Source: Psammoneis japonica (Eukaryota). Taken from it: a DNA stretch of 64,000 nt. The DNA lies in assembly GCA_008632985.1 (NCBI GenBank), contig QPGO01000017.1, positions 124,001 to 188,000 on the forward strand, in the 5' to 3' direction. The position numbers and the translations under genes are program-made. The notes below the pieces were generated by a model that saw nothing but the letters and a program-made list of their open reading frames with translations, did not search any database and was not told where the DNA came from. Shown here piece after piece: positions 49,231-63,089 of this stretch (positions within the stretch are counted from its first letter, which is position 1; each line of letters begins with the position of its first letter).

Positions 49231-52200
49231 TTGATCCAATGTTGGCTAGAGCTTGGATGTCTTCCTCCATTCCAAACACTGCAACTGCATGCAAATCAGG
49301 TGCATCCACCCAAATGTCTTGCAGTGCTTGCCACTCCTCTGCTGTTTGACAAAATGGTTGACAAAGTGATGCCAGCTCTTCCCCCCCATGCCGTTCAAGG
49401 CTTTCAGTGATGATGCCATGGGGCAACGTGCTGCAGGAGTGTTTGGCAAAAATTGAAATTTGACCTTTGGCAGGTGTTGATGCACACATTGCATGGGTGA
49501 TCATGTGCACAAAAATGCAACCCAGCACCAGTCTGTCACACGGTGATTTGCAAATTGGAATGAGAAAGGGTTGAGACTGAACTTGCTCCAATCCAAATGG
49601 TTGCCTTTCGGCATGTCTGGATCTGGCTGCAACTCTTGTGTGGCCTTGCGAGGTGGATTTTGAATTTGGTGCCATCTGCAAGCTCCTCTTTGCAAGACAT
49701 GGCTCAAATGGGGTTGAGACCTTGAAGGCGGCTCCATGGTTCTCATGGCCTGTTCATCTGCAGCATCTTGGACATGTGGTGGGATGCTCTTTGGGATCAT
49801 GATGTGGTTGCTGAAGACATGGAAAAAAATCAGACTTGGGCATCGTGCAGTTCGTGTCAACAAAAAAGTCATCCAGCTCAATGATCATGTCTGAACAAAG
49901 GTTGTTCAAACAAGCGCTCATGTGAGAGCACTTGGGATGATCTTGAAAGCAGAACTGCATCTCATCAAGTGATGGCGTGACACCATTTTTGTTGGTATTT
50001 TGCTCATGGTGCACTGCTGGAGTGATCCTGGTCTTGCACCTGCAGAGTGCCAGCGCATGTTCCACAGCCAATTTTTTTCAGACTTGAGCTCAAAAAAAGT
50101 TTCTGAACCCAAAATGGTGGCACTGGCTTGCTCAGCTCACAAAATGATCAAACAAAAAGAGAGTCAACAGAGCAGAGTTCTTGTGACCAGCTTGAGGCCA
50201 TGAGCATTTTGCTCTGCCTCAGCCTGGTGGTCTTCTGGAAAATGATGTCATGATTTGTGGTGATGATGCAACAACTCTCCTCCACTCCCCAGGGTTTGAG
50301 AGTGCAGAGGTCCACATGCATGCAGATGATTTTGTGTTGTGCAAAAATCTGCATGATGAGTTCGCACTGTGTTTCTGTGCAATGTCTCTCATGACTTCAT
50401 GCACATGATGAAATTTGTTGGTGTCTGAGCATTTTCCAGAGGTGTGCAAATCATCTGTTGTCATTTGCACATGTGCACACTTGCAAGGTTGATTGCAAAT
50501 GCAGTGCCAATGCATGCATGAGAAGTGTCATGTCCATCATCAGTCCAACAGCAGGAGCACCCAGCATGTTGGTTGTTTTTTTGTTCCATGTGCAAAAGTG
50601 CCTGGTTTTGCTTCATGTGAGAATTGGTTGGTCATTGGGGCACACCCTTTGCTCTGTGTTCCTTGCAGCTAATTTTGCTTGCATTGCAGGACAACTTGGC
50701 ACAAAAGACATGTTTTTGCCGCACGTGGCAGGTGGGCACCACATGCAGTGCTGACACAGAGCAAAATGCAAGAAACCTGAGAGTGTCCATTTTTGAAATT
50801 GTCAAGATGCTGGTGCAATCTGGTGCAGAGAGCAACAATGATGCTGGAAATCTGTGTGGGAAAAGCAGTGCACAATTTGAAAATGTGACAGACATCATGT
50901 GTGCTCTTGGCTCCACTTGCTTTCATGTGATGCAGCTTTGCTCTTGAGTCACATGACTCACAAAAATGAAAACAGTGTGCCAACTTCATGGTGCATGTCT
51001 CGCAGCTCCTGCAACAGTCATCTGCACACTGAGGCTCATCTGCCATTCAGGCAGCAGCAAGGAGCAATCATTGTTTTCTTGCCACCAACTTCTGTTCCTT
51101 TTCTGTCAGAGTGATGGTTTCACTCATTGTTTCATCTGCCAAGTGGCCAACATTGTCACCTCATTGTTTTTGGATGACATTTGGTTCATTGGCAGAAGTG
51201 CACACCCAGGAGCTTCTTCTTTGTTGCTGGTTGTTTTGATCAGTTTGACCACTTTTGCCACCAAGTGGTGCATTGATTTGGCAGTGGTGATCCAATCCAT
51301 TTAAGGTTCTTTGTTGCTGGATCATGTGTCAAAGTCCCCAATGTGCTGCAGGCATTCAGGCATGCTGCAAGCTGTGGTTTCTGTCTGAGTGTTCAAGTCA
51401 GGCAGGCAAGCATGCTTCTGAGCCAGGATCCATGACAGACAGTCTGTTTGTGCAGCACAGGCTTCCATGCTTCACACCCTCACTTTTGTGATGCAAGCCA
51501 ACCTGGTCATCTTGACACGCGGCACCCTGAGTCCATGCCAAAACTGTTGCTCCACATCTGCCAATGCTGGTCTTTGCTCTGCAGCTCTGACAGGTCCATG
51601 AGCACAACTTCTGTGAGAGGAGGCAGCAATGGTTGCAGTCTGTGTTGGAGTTTGGGGGTGCATTTTCCCACATTTGTTTGTTTGTTTGTCCTCAGGCATC
51701 TGATTGGCTGTCCAACTGATGCAAAACAAGAGAAGTTTGGGAGGATTGTCCACTTCTGACCTCTGGATGGCTTGTTTGCAGGGGTTTTCAACCAAGCAAC
51801 CCAAAGCACTGCTCTGACTGTGGGCGCTGACATGCCTGCACAACTCTGCAGATGAGCACACCAGATGATGGAAATTTTCAGCATCTGACTGCAAAACAGG
51901 ATGACACAGCCTGGCAGCTTCTGATTTGCAACATGGGCCAAAGCTTCCAATCAAGTTTCCAAGTTCTTGTCTGGTTTTCCAGCTCCTGGCCTCCAGCTCA
52001 GTTTCTGGCTTCTGCTCAAGCTCTGCTTTGACCCACTCCTTGCCATGGTTCTTGCCAGCCAACAGTTTGATGATGGCTTCAATCATGTGATTGGTGCTGT
52101 TTTGGCTCAACTCTCAACAACAGCCCCCCCCTCAATCTGCTTTGCTTTGGCCATTGCTGCCGTTGTCAGGCACAATGACCTGCTCTCCCTTGCCCCTGTT

Positions 52201-55200
52201 GCCATTGTTGACACCCTTCAGTGTGCAATGACAATGGCATCCTTGCACCCCTGCCTCATTGTCACAAGGCTTTGCCAGCAGCTTTCACCACCAGTTTCTG
52301 TGCTTTCAAAGGTTGGTGCTCTGGCGTGGCTGCCTGTCAGCAGCAGCAACTTTGCTCACTCACAAACACAAGAGCTTTGAGTGCATCACATCAGTCCAGA
52401 TCATGTGGTGCCTCTTTCCAAGGTTGCCAGCTGCCCCACCTTTGCCCCAAAAGTCCCCCATTTTGTGTCGCCGGTCATGCAGTCTGCGCCTCGCCTCAAC
52501 TGACCTGTCCAGCACGACAGGCCACTCTGAAAGTGTTCCAACAGGCTCGTGCAGCAGTGTTGACTCTGACCTTGTGCCTTCTGCTGCAAACAGTGATGTG
52601 TGCTCTCTGAAAATGTTTGCCATGCCTCCCACAGTGCTGATGTTCCCCACGTCTCTCGCAAGTTTTTTGTCAGGCCCAATGCCGTGCCTCCACGTGCAAT
52701 CACAAAACCCCCATTTTTTGCCAAAATTCATTTCCATCCAACCAATGACACACTGGTGTGAAGTTCCCAACAACTTGTGGGGTCACAAGCAGAGAGTTGC
52801 ATTGGTCACAGAGCTGTCACTGAAATTCGTCCATTGCACTTTCCCGCGCAACAAAGGAGGTGCTCCGCAAAAAGTTGGTTCCATCTTCCAACACCCAATG
52901 CCAGGAACAACACGTGCCCATTGCATTCTCACAAGACACTCGTTTAAAGCACAGGAGACTGACAATGCTCGTATCTTGGGCATTTCTGTCTCTAGTGGGG
53001 AGTCAAAGTCTGGCTGTTTTTAGTTTTTTGGTTCTAGTCGAATGGATCCACTTTCATTCCCGAGTCGTGACTCGTTCAATCGAATGAGTCAACGCACATT
53101 CTCGACTCGTGATTCGAAGTCACGAGGCGCTCGTGCCATTTTGACAGGCGTTGTGGATGACAGGGTCCTTGTGGCATCCTCTCTACTGGGTGATTGGCAA
53201 GGGCAATGATGCACACCACTGTGCTGCATTTGCCACACAACAGCTTGTAATCCTGAGATCATGGTGTGCTCATTGCAGCTTGACAGGCCACACTTTGTGT
53301 GAAGACAATGGCCATTTTTCATTCCGAGACGCACCCACCCCACAGTGCCCAACTTTGAATCTCAGCCTTCCCACAAGACAAAAAGCTGCATTCCCTCAAG
53401 TGCGCAACTGGTCTTGAGAGACTGGATGGCATCAGACCATGGCTCGAATCCCCCCGAGTTTGGCGGCGTGCCTCCACCATCATCGTTGCAAGAGCATCTC
53501 CAGCGCTGTTGCTCTGGTCTGTTGAAAGCAAAACAAATTCCAGTTCTGCAAAAGCACTCAAATTGCTCTTCACCTGCTGCTGCAATGGTGCCTTGAGCCA
53601 TGGATCCTTGACACAGTTGTTGCTGCTGGCATCAGCTTTGGGATGCTTGGGTTGTTCGTCGCATTCACAGCCAGTCACCCTCATCCTTTTCAGTCCTGCA
53701 GGGGCTTGGATGGTGAATGAGTGCTGACAACACTCCCCTCTGTCCCCTCCTTGCCTTCATCAACTGAGCACACTGGGCCTCAATTGCCAACAATGGGAGG
53801 TCTGTTTGTGCTTGCTGGGGCTGTCAAGTTTGATTGATGCAAAATGGTGTGGAAACTTCAGCAACCAAATCCACGCAGTCAGGTGCATCAAAACATTCGA
53901 CAAATGTGCTTCCTGTCATTGGCAGATCTTTTTCCAAGAAAACAATTGCTTCCTTGCTTGCAATGCAAACTGTCTGCTCATGCCTTCCAACCAGCATTGC
54001 ATCTGGAAGCAATTTGTTTGTTCTTGAATCTCAATCCACGAATTTTAAAGCATGTCTTTTTCTGAATTTTTCTTTCAATGGAACCCTCTCCAATTCAACA
54101 AAAACTCTTTGGCAAAGCACTGCAGTTGATCCATTAGAAAATGCTTGCTCTGTGCTCAAGAATCCTGGCACAGCAGTGTCCATGGCTTTTGTGATGATGG
54201 GCCAGAGCTGGTCTCTGGCAGACTGGTTCTCAATTGCCGGCACGGCACACCAATCTCTTTGGCCAATGCTTTCTCATGCCACCACCATTCATGTTTGTGT
54301 TTTCCAGTCTTTTGTTGCTGCTCTTGTGCTGCTGGCTTTAACTTGGCGGGTGCTGGAAATCTGGCTGGCGGTGGGTGTGCAAAGAATTGTCACGTGACAT
54401 GGCGTCATGACAAGCGAAACGGCATGTTTCAAAAAATCTTGCCAAAATGCTTGTCTCTGATTGGACAATTGCAACCATGTGATGCACAAAATCTGACAGA
54501 GTGATGGCTGCAAATGTCAAGAAAATGATGATGGTTCAGATGCCCACTGAAGCAACACAATTGTCACAATCGTTGGTGAGAGATTTGACCAACAATTTCC
54601 CCATGGCAAATGTGGCCATGTGGTGTCACCACGGTGATGGTCTGTGTGCTCATCCAGGTGGGTCACCAGCAGGGTCAGGGGATTCCAAAGCATGTCAAAA
54701 GATTTGAATGGACAAAGACAGACAGCAGACACATTTTTGAATGCATGCTTCACACACCTGGAGGTGGGCTGCATGTGCTGTGGCCAGCACGTGCGAGACA
54801 TTGAGGAGACTGTGCATTTCCCTCATGACACTTGCACAACTGCATTGACTGCACAACATCCATTTTCTCACAGTTGCTCCTTCAGTGCCATTGAATCAAC
54901 TGTCACCACCACCAAACAACCACCAGTCTGTGATCAAGAGAACACACACATCACAGACAAGTCCACCAAAACAAGATTCAAATCAACACCATGGCACATG
55001 ATGCGCACACCAAGAAAGAGATGATGAGGATGCTGTGCTGCCAATCCACACCCCACCAGGTGTGCACATGTCCTTGTGGCTGTCTGCACGCACTGCTCAA
55101 ATTGGCTCCCCTTTTCACACATTCATGAAAAATCTGAACATCCAGTGCAAATGCCAAATGCCACATGCCGCATGGCACATTGTGCATTTCTTTTTTAAAT

Positions 55201-55534
55201 TCAACAAAGGGCAACACAGTGTGCCGCTTGACCAACTGTTGACCCACTGCAATGCCGTCAACAACAACACAACAGCAAGGTCAAACATGATGGTGCTGGG
55301 CATTGTGCGGCAGTTCTCAGTTCCATTCAATTTGCTTTTCACTGCTGTGAATCATCATCTTTGACAGAGAGATGGCCATGGATCCAAATGAACTTTTGGT
55401 GCAGAGTCTGTTTTTGGAGAAAACACAGAAAACATTCATCATGCACTGCAAGCCAGCGCCAATCCGAATCACGCTGTGCCTGTTGACAGCATTGCGCACC
55501 CAATTCTTTTTGTTTTCATTCGTAACATGACAAT

Positions 55535-56240
55535 GTGCAATCACAGTGCACAATTGCAACTCTTGCTGGATGCAGGGTGCACTTGACTGATTGTTGTGGA
55601 CTTTCTGGTTGGACCCCATTGCAAGCTGTGTGCATTTGTGGGCGTGCATCCATGGCTCAAATCCTCATGTCACATGGTGCAGCAGTGGATGAAACAGAAC
55701 AACCAACCAACAATGGTCACACTTCTTTGCGTTTGGCCACTCTCTTTGGAAATGCTGATGTCTGCCAGTTTCTTCTGCAGAATGATGCTGATGCAGAGTC
55801 AAAGTCAACTGCTCATCTTGCTTCAGGTTGTGGAATGGAAGACACTGCGTGAGTTGTCTTGGAAGAAGGAGGAGCTTCAGTCGATGCAACATGCCACAGT
55901 GACACCACACCATCGCATCTCATTGCAAGTTGCAATCACACTGGGCAGCAAAAGTGTTGTGAGACTGCTGTTGGACCACGGAGCTGATCTGAATGCCAAC
56001 ATGAGTGGGGTCACACCATTGAACTTTTCAATCTCTTTGGGTCACCACAGTGCCACCTCTGCCTTGATGGGTGTGCATGTGCAGCAACTTTTGTTGCACG
56101 AAGACATTCTGCCAGTGCTCTGGTGGGCCCATGTGCTGGCCAAAGTGGGGAACAGGAGCACAGACATGTCCAGAGTGGGCCTTGTTTGCTCTTTGATTTG
56201 TGAGAATCCAGATCTGTTTCAGTTTTGCAGGAATGTCTGA
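55535..56240 (+). pseudogene. Ankyrin-repeat gene relic
   Basis: GWTPLQAVC...LMSHGAAVD, GHTSLRLATLFGNADVCQFLLQNDAD, VVRLLLDHGADLNA...GVTPLNFS. One frameshift near 55850. Confidence 0.8.
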
Positions 56241-59200
56241 AGGAAGCTGATCGCTTTGTTGCATTTGCTGCCAGTCTTGGCATTCTAAGAAAGCATGGGA
56301 GCAAACTTTCATCATCCAGTTCACTGGAAACTGCACATCTGCCATTGCCTCAGGCTGGGTTGTCAATGCTGCAGTCCAGCATCAGCATTCGTCATGCAGT
56401 GTGGCATCTGTTGGGTCACATTTTTCACCTCTGGCACCCCACCCAAAAAGAGCTCAGCACAGCACCTCTGTCATCAGTGCACAAAAACACCTCCTCAAGC
56501 TTTTTGACTCATTCCAAACCTCATCCTTGTTCATCAAGTTGGTCCCGTCTGTAGCTGACAACCAACAGCGGTGGCATTTTGAGTGTCTCTTGTGCTTGCT
56601 TTGTGAAAAATGCACCAAAACCTCTGTGTTTTTATGTCAGCAAAAGTTCATCTTGCATGGCTCTTTTGGTTGACCAATGCTTTGAAAGACTTGTTGGCAC
56701 AAAAGACTGGTGATGTGTGGGGAAGCATGTGTCAGTGAGACTTGGCAATGTGGGCAGCCATCATTGACACCATGACAGAAGCAATGAGTCACTTCACATG
56801 TGTGCATGTCCAACCTCGTCGTTGCCACAGTGAAGAGTGTGTCTGGATCTTTCAGAGGGCACTGTTTCCCAGTTTCCACTTGCTGCTCATGGACAGAAAT
56901 GATCAAGGTGCATCAAAAAGAAGTGCCACAGATCTCTCATCCACACACATTGCGCACAACAATCCATTTCAAGCAAGATGACACTCAGCTGTCAAGGATG
57001 GTTGATGCATCTTGAGCCTCCCATTGAATCAGAGAGAAGATCGGGGTCCAGTTTGGGCATGATGATGACTTGCTGCCATGCTGTCCTGGCCAGGTCTGCC
57101 ACCTGCAATGCATCAGCCAATTGCAGAATTGTGGAAGCTGCTGAGAACCTTCAAGCTCTGTTTTCAGCTGCCTGTGCTGGCAAAGATGTTTCCAAGATTG
57201 CAGCTGTGGAGCACTCTGTCTTGCCAAGACCTCACAAGTCAGGTGCACACTGATCTTGGGTCAGATGTCCCAAAGAAGTGCACTCCAACATCATGTGAGG
57301 TGATCAATCACAAGGATTGTGCTGAGTCAGACAAGACATTGCTCATGGAACACAAGCACCATCTCAGCGGCTCCAAGACACTGCTTGCCAAAGACATGGA
57401 CTGTGGCAAACTGGGGCCTGCTGTGTGCATCACATTTCTTCAGCTCTGGCTGGCACTGTCTCTGCATTGCTGAAAAGGATTGGCCCAGTCTCTTGACCAA
57501 GCTGCCTTGCAGAGCAACAACATTTCCAAAGCTGCTGGCAGCAACCACTGGGACAATGATCCCAGGTGCTGTCCCAAGCATGCAGAACATCAGAAGTGCA
57601 AGAAAAAAGTGCCAGCAGCATCAATGGAACAAGAAAGATGTCTGCTGTCAGTGCCTGCCTCTGACCCCAACCTGCCTGCTGCATCTGCTGTCACTGTTGA
57701 TGCCATGCCTGCTGAAAAAAGCCAAACTCAGGGAGCTTCTCTCACCAATGAGCCCATCGTTGCACCCATCTGGTGGGTCTCTCAAAGCCCATTGTAAACA
57801 AGCATGGTTCAACTGCCAACTTTCAAGGAAAGCGCGCTTCTTGCAAGCAAGCCGGTGTCAAACAGTTGCCCACAACTGTCACAAGGAGACAGAGCACATT
57901 CACAAGCTGCCCAGCCAAGGGCAGCCTGTGAGCAATCTGACCTCAGTCTGTGGCCTCAACTCTCATGTCCCACCTGGTGAGCCTCCCACCCAAATGACCC
58001 CTCTGATCTGTCTGTCACACCCACCAGAGACACTCCTCTTGCTGGTGCAGAGCCAGTGGTCTGGACTGGGTTTCACTGCTGTGCAGTCAAGTGTCTTTCT
58101 CCTGCTGCTGGTGCAAGCACTGCCTGTTTCTCCCAACCTGCCAAGAAACCACCCAAGCAGGTTGACTCCATCTCAGACTCTCCAGCTCCTGTTGCAGAGC
58201 ACTCATTTGACACCATGTCTGAGCCTGAACCTGCCCCCACCCTGTCAGCACCCCAAGTGTGCCATCTTTGGCTGTGGCACCTGTTGAACATTCCCCTTTC
58301 TGGGCTTCAGCCATGCAATGGAAGAGGCTTCTGTGGTTCATTGGCACAAGCAATGGCCCTCCTCCCCACCGCACCAGCCAACTCAAATGCATGCCTGCCC
58401 TCCACTGTTGTTTGTCCCCCTGCTGTTAGAGTGTCATTGCATGTGCTGTTGCTTTGCAGCAATTTGTTGGTGGCCATGCTCCTCCCTGTGCTGTTTGTCC
58501 TTGGGCTGCCTGTGCTCTCAGAGTTGCAAGCCTGTTGCCACTCTAGATGACTGAGTCAACCTGGTGCCTGGCGCACCAATCCAGAAGCACAATCTCAGGG
58601 CATGACAGCTCAAATGTGAGTTGGCATTTCACAATGGAGACAACTGTGATTCATCCATTTTGCCATTTAAACCCACCAATTTGAATGACACATGACAACA
58701 ACAACTTCTTTGATGCACACAGAGCTTCTTGTGGTTCAAGAGTGTGCTCCTTTGATTCAGAGCATTTTGCAAGACCAGCTGATCCAGTCTCTGGATGTCT
58801 TTGGTGGTGTTGCTGACTGATGTTGCACCCCCCATTTCATCCACTGAAGTGACCTCTTGTGCTCAGCCATCCTCTGCTGTGATTCATGTCATCTCCGGGC
58901 AGAGCCAGCTCATGTGCCTCATTTCCATCTTGGACCAAGTGACCTCCAGGTTGTCTTTGATGTTGGTGCTTTGTGCAAGACATTGCATTCAATGCACGCA
59001 AATGGATTCAAGAATGGTCCTGTCAAACTTTTTTGTGCCCTGCTTGCCCTTGGGGGGGGGGGGGCACGACAGATGTGGTGCAAAGATTGCCTGCAAGGGC
59101 ACTGTCATTTTTGGATCTTCCAAGAAGCTTTGCACCTGCCATGTCTCTTGAATCCAAGGTCTGCTTGCATTCTCCACAATCGTCCGCCAAAGGAAAATGG

Positions 59201-59635
59201 ATTCAAAGGCCATTTCTGGGGTGACAGTGAGATGCACAAGATTTGTTCTTTTGATGGTGCTCCCAAGCACTCGCACACTTGAGCATGACACGCACCTCCA
59301 CTTGCCAGTTGGCTGCCATGACTCGCTGGGCTCTCGGGCCCACTCATGCTCTCCAAGACAATCTGGGTGCAGCTTTGGCAACCCTGTCAATCTAACTCTG
59401 TCCTCTGCTCAGAAATTGCTTTGTGGATGATGGCATGCACACTTTGGGCATGCCACCTCCATTTTCCAAAGATCCCAGGCCATTTGTTCAAGGCTGCACC
59501 CAATCGCGACATTCCCAAATTGGACACCTGCAAGCATGCCAAGGGCTTTTCATCATTCTTTGTTAAGAAACATCTGGCCCTGGGTGCGATGGAGTGCTGA
59601 AGGCCGGCCACCCATCTCTGGCCCAGTCCATCCAA

Positions 59636-59720
59636 CAGCCAGCCAGCCAGCCAGTCTGTCTGTCTGCCTGTCTGTCTGTGTGTGTGTGTGTGTGTGTGTC
59701 TGTCCATCAGTCTGTCTGTC
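59636..59720. repeat. Compound microsatellite (CAGC)n-(GTCT)n-(TG)n
   Basis: Read directly from the sequence. Confidence 0.9.
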
Positions 59721-61499
59721 ATTCAGTCAATTGGCATTCATCACTTTGAATCATGCCTCAATGGCCACACCTGCAATTCATGGCAAACGTTCTTCCCAGC
59801 AGTGCAATGGCAGCTGCATCTTTGTTCACCGTGCATCTGGTCTCACATCCTCATTGAACACCAAGTCCGTTTCTGCTCTTCTGTCACCAAGCACATGAGG
59901 CCATGGCTGTGCCGGATCACGGCATGATTGTCCACTTGCCAACAGAAGCACTTTCAAAGCCAGCCAATTTGTTTCACATGCCAATGGCTCCTGACAATGC
60001 ACATGCTTCTGTGGCACAAATGCTCATCTTCAAAATGGAGTTGCAGCATGTTGACTTGGTTCTTGGCTCAGCGCTCTTGGTGCCGCTGGGCTTTGTTCCG
60101 CCAATGTCTGCACTGGCTGCACCATCCCACACCAGCACTTGCATGATCTGCACATGCAGGGTTGTTCTGTCCATGTTTTTGACCCCTGCTTGCAGGAAGG
60201 CAAGAAACTTCTGCACAATGGCAGCAATCTCTCATTGTGGTGATGGCGTGCCTTCTGGGGCTCCAGCAGCACCCACGCCAGTGGCAAGGTCTCTTTTGGC
60301 CCTGAATCAGATGAGCTCACCCAAGTCCTCCAACAAGTCAGCTCTGGCTGTGGACACTTGACCATCTGCAAATCAGCCATTGTCTGCTCCATCCACACCA
60401 CCATCAACAGCTGTTGATGTTCTTGATGCATCTTTCTGCCAACTCAACCACAACATCTGCTGTGCCATGCACCAAGCCGCTTGCTTCTTCTGTGCTCCAA
60501 GAACTTTTGCACAGTTGCAGCAAAGTCCCGGCAACAACAAATGGCTGCATTGTTTGCTTCATTGATGCCAACTTTGATGGTCTCTGTTGCAGCCAAAAAG
60601 ACTCTCAAAACCTGGCAAGCATCAAGTCTCACACCAGACATTTCATCTTGTGGTGCAAACAAGCCAGTGTCCTCTTCTGTGGGTTTCGGAGCTGCAGATC
60701 CAGGTTGCACTTTTTGCTGTGGAAGCCAAGCTTCTGCCACTGCTGGCAACAGCCAGTGCATGACTTGATGCTGTGACCAGCAAAATTTTAACGGCTTCAG
60801 CTTCATGCACCACTCAGGTGCAAGAGCTGCAAGACACAAAATGCCACCAAGTCCAAGGCATTTTTGCTGATGTAAAAGATGGAACAATCTTGTCTTCAAT
60901 TTTGCACAAGGACAGTCAAGTGTGCCTCAAGCTCTGAAAAATGCTGTCAAGGCTTTTGCCATGGTGCCAGCAAGCACACTGGCATTCCTTGTCACCACTG
61001 CTGGTTCCGCACAAAGGCAGAGGCTCCAGAGATTCTCATTGAGCTTGCAGGAACTGTTTCCAGCTCGCTGATCAATTTGCAAAGGGGCTTGCTTTCAAGC
61101 CTGATTCTGGTTGGTCAATCTTTTTGGTGGTGGGGTTGAGAGGGAGAGTTGACATCTGTTTTTCAGCCTTTTCACGCAAGCACAACAGGGCACATTTCAA
61201 ATTCAAAACTCCTCCAAATCCCCCCATCAAATCTCTGCCAATGGATTCTTGCAGTCACAATTTTCAGTCAACAACTCATGCAAAAACAAGCTTTGCTGGT
61301 TTGCAACCTTGAGCTTCTGCTCATTCAATGTCACAGGTTGCACATCAAGTTCATGATCTTCACAGATTATTTTTCAAAGAAAGGGGCCACCATTCTTGTT
61401 TGCCAGAGGGCAAAGAGTCAAACAAAGACACTGCTTCATTGTTGCTTGTGCACACATCAACAAAGTTGCAAGACAGCTCTGTTTTGTTGTCCTTCACAT

Positions 61500-62045
61500 T
61501 GTTTGCAGCAGGCTTCAAGGGCAGCAAGGCATCATCACCAACATTTCCCTTTGCCTGCATGTGTTGACAACACACCAGCACATTTCAATGAGCAAACTGA
61601 AACCTTGAAATGCAAGGCACAAAGTGTCAGTTGCATCATCTGCACTTGCCTTGTCATTCACATCATTGCTCCCATCCTTTCCATCCTCCATGCCATTTGC
61701 AACAGGCTTCAAGGGCAATGAGGCATCATCATCAACATGCCCCTTTAACTGCATGTGTGACAACAAACCAGCACCATTTTAGTGAGTGAACTGAAACCTT
61801 GAAATGCAAGGCATGAAGCATCAGTCACATCACCCACACTTGCCTCATCATTCATGTCATCATTCAAGTCTTTTTCCTCCTCCACATCATTTGCAGCAGG
61901 CTTCAAGGGCAACAAGGCATCATCATCCACATGCCCCTTTGCCTGCATGTGTGACAATGAACAGCCAGCACCATTTTAGCAAGTGAGCTGAACCTTGAAA
62001 TGCAAGGCATTGAGCATCAGTTGCATCATCTTTGCTTGCCCTGTT
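61500..62045. repeat. Tandem repeat, ~194-bp unit x3
   Basis: tttgca(g/a)caggcttcaagggca...accttgaaatgcaaggca at ~61502, 61696, 61890. Confidence 0.9.
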
Positions 62046-62207
62046 GCTCATGTCATCTTTCCCATTGTTGTTCCCCTCCTTCATGCCAGCCTTTGAGCTC
62101 CCCTTTGGCAGCTCCATTTTGTTGTTGCTTGTGCACAGATCAACAAAATTGAGAGACAGTTCTGTTTCGTCATCACTTGCACACACACCAGCAATTTTTT
62201 TGTCGTT

Positions 62208-63089
62208 GCTTGCACATGGATCAGCGCAACCACAAGGATTTTTTGGAACTTTGGGAACACATGCTGCAACATCATCATGCAAAGCCCGAGGAATCATGCG
62301 CTCTGGTGCAGGATGTTTTTGCAGGGCTGCATGATGAAGCTTCAATTCAATGGCACCAGCCAGTTGAGGTCTCATCCTCTTGGCTTCCCCTTTGCAACAT
62401 GGCAGTGTGTTTCTTCTGCCAATCATTGTCCTTGCCTTTGGGCAATGCTTCAATTGGAAATGGGTCAGAGAATGCTGTCAATTGCTTTCCACTGCAACTT
62501 GTTGCATTGCCATGTTCCGCTTTTCTGCAAAATGCTTGTGAGCTTGTTGCACATGTTCCTCATCATCCAGACGGCGCAAAACTTCTTGTTCATGTGTGTT
62601 GCCCTCTATTGGCACTGTCCTGTGTTCCTTGTCACTTGTGCATTGACCATCATCAGGCTGCTGCATTTCATTGAAGCTTGCGCACGGGCAGATCAACAAA
62701 ATTGCGAGGATTTTTTGGAACTTCGGCAGCACATGCTGCAACGTGCTGCAGCAGCGTCGTCACACAAAACCAAAGGAATCATGTGCTCTGTGCAGGATGT
62801 TTCTGCAGGGCTGTGCAATGAAGTTTCAATTCAATGGCCTGCCAAATGAGGTCATTCTCTTGGTTTTCTCTTTGCAACATGACAGCGTGTTTCTTCAGCC
62901 GTTCATTGTTCTTGCCTTCAGGCAATGCTTCAATTGGCAATGGGTGGGAGAGAATGCTGTCGATTGCTCTCCACTGCAACTTGTTGCATTGCCACATTCC
63001 ACTTTTCTGCAAAATCCTTGTGAGCTTGTTGCATGCATCCCTTGTTGCCCAGATGATGCAAAACCTCTTGTTCACGTGTGTCATTCTCC
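62208..63089. repeat. Tandem duplication, ~400-bp copies (62208-62607, 62676-63089)
   Basis: Shared ggattttttggaactt, tcaattcaatggc, ccactgcaacttgttgcattgcca and ttgtgagcttgttgca. Confidence 0.9.
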
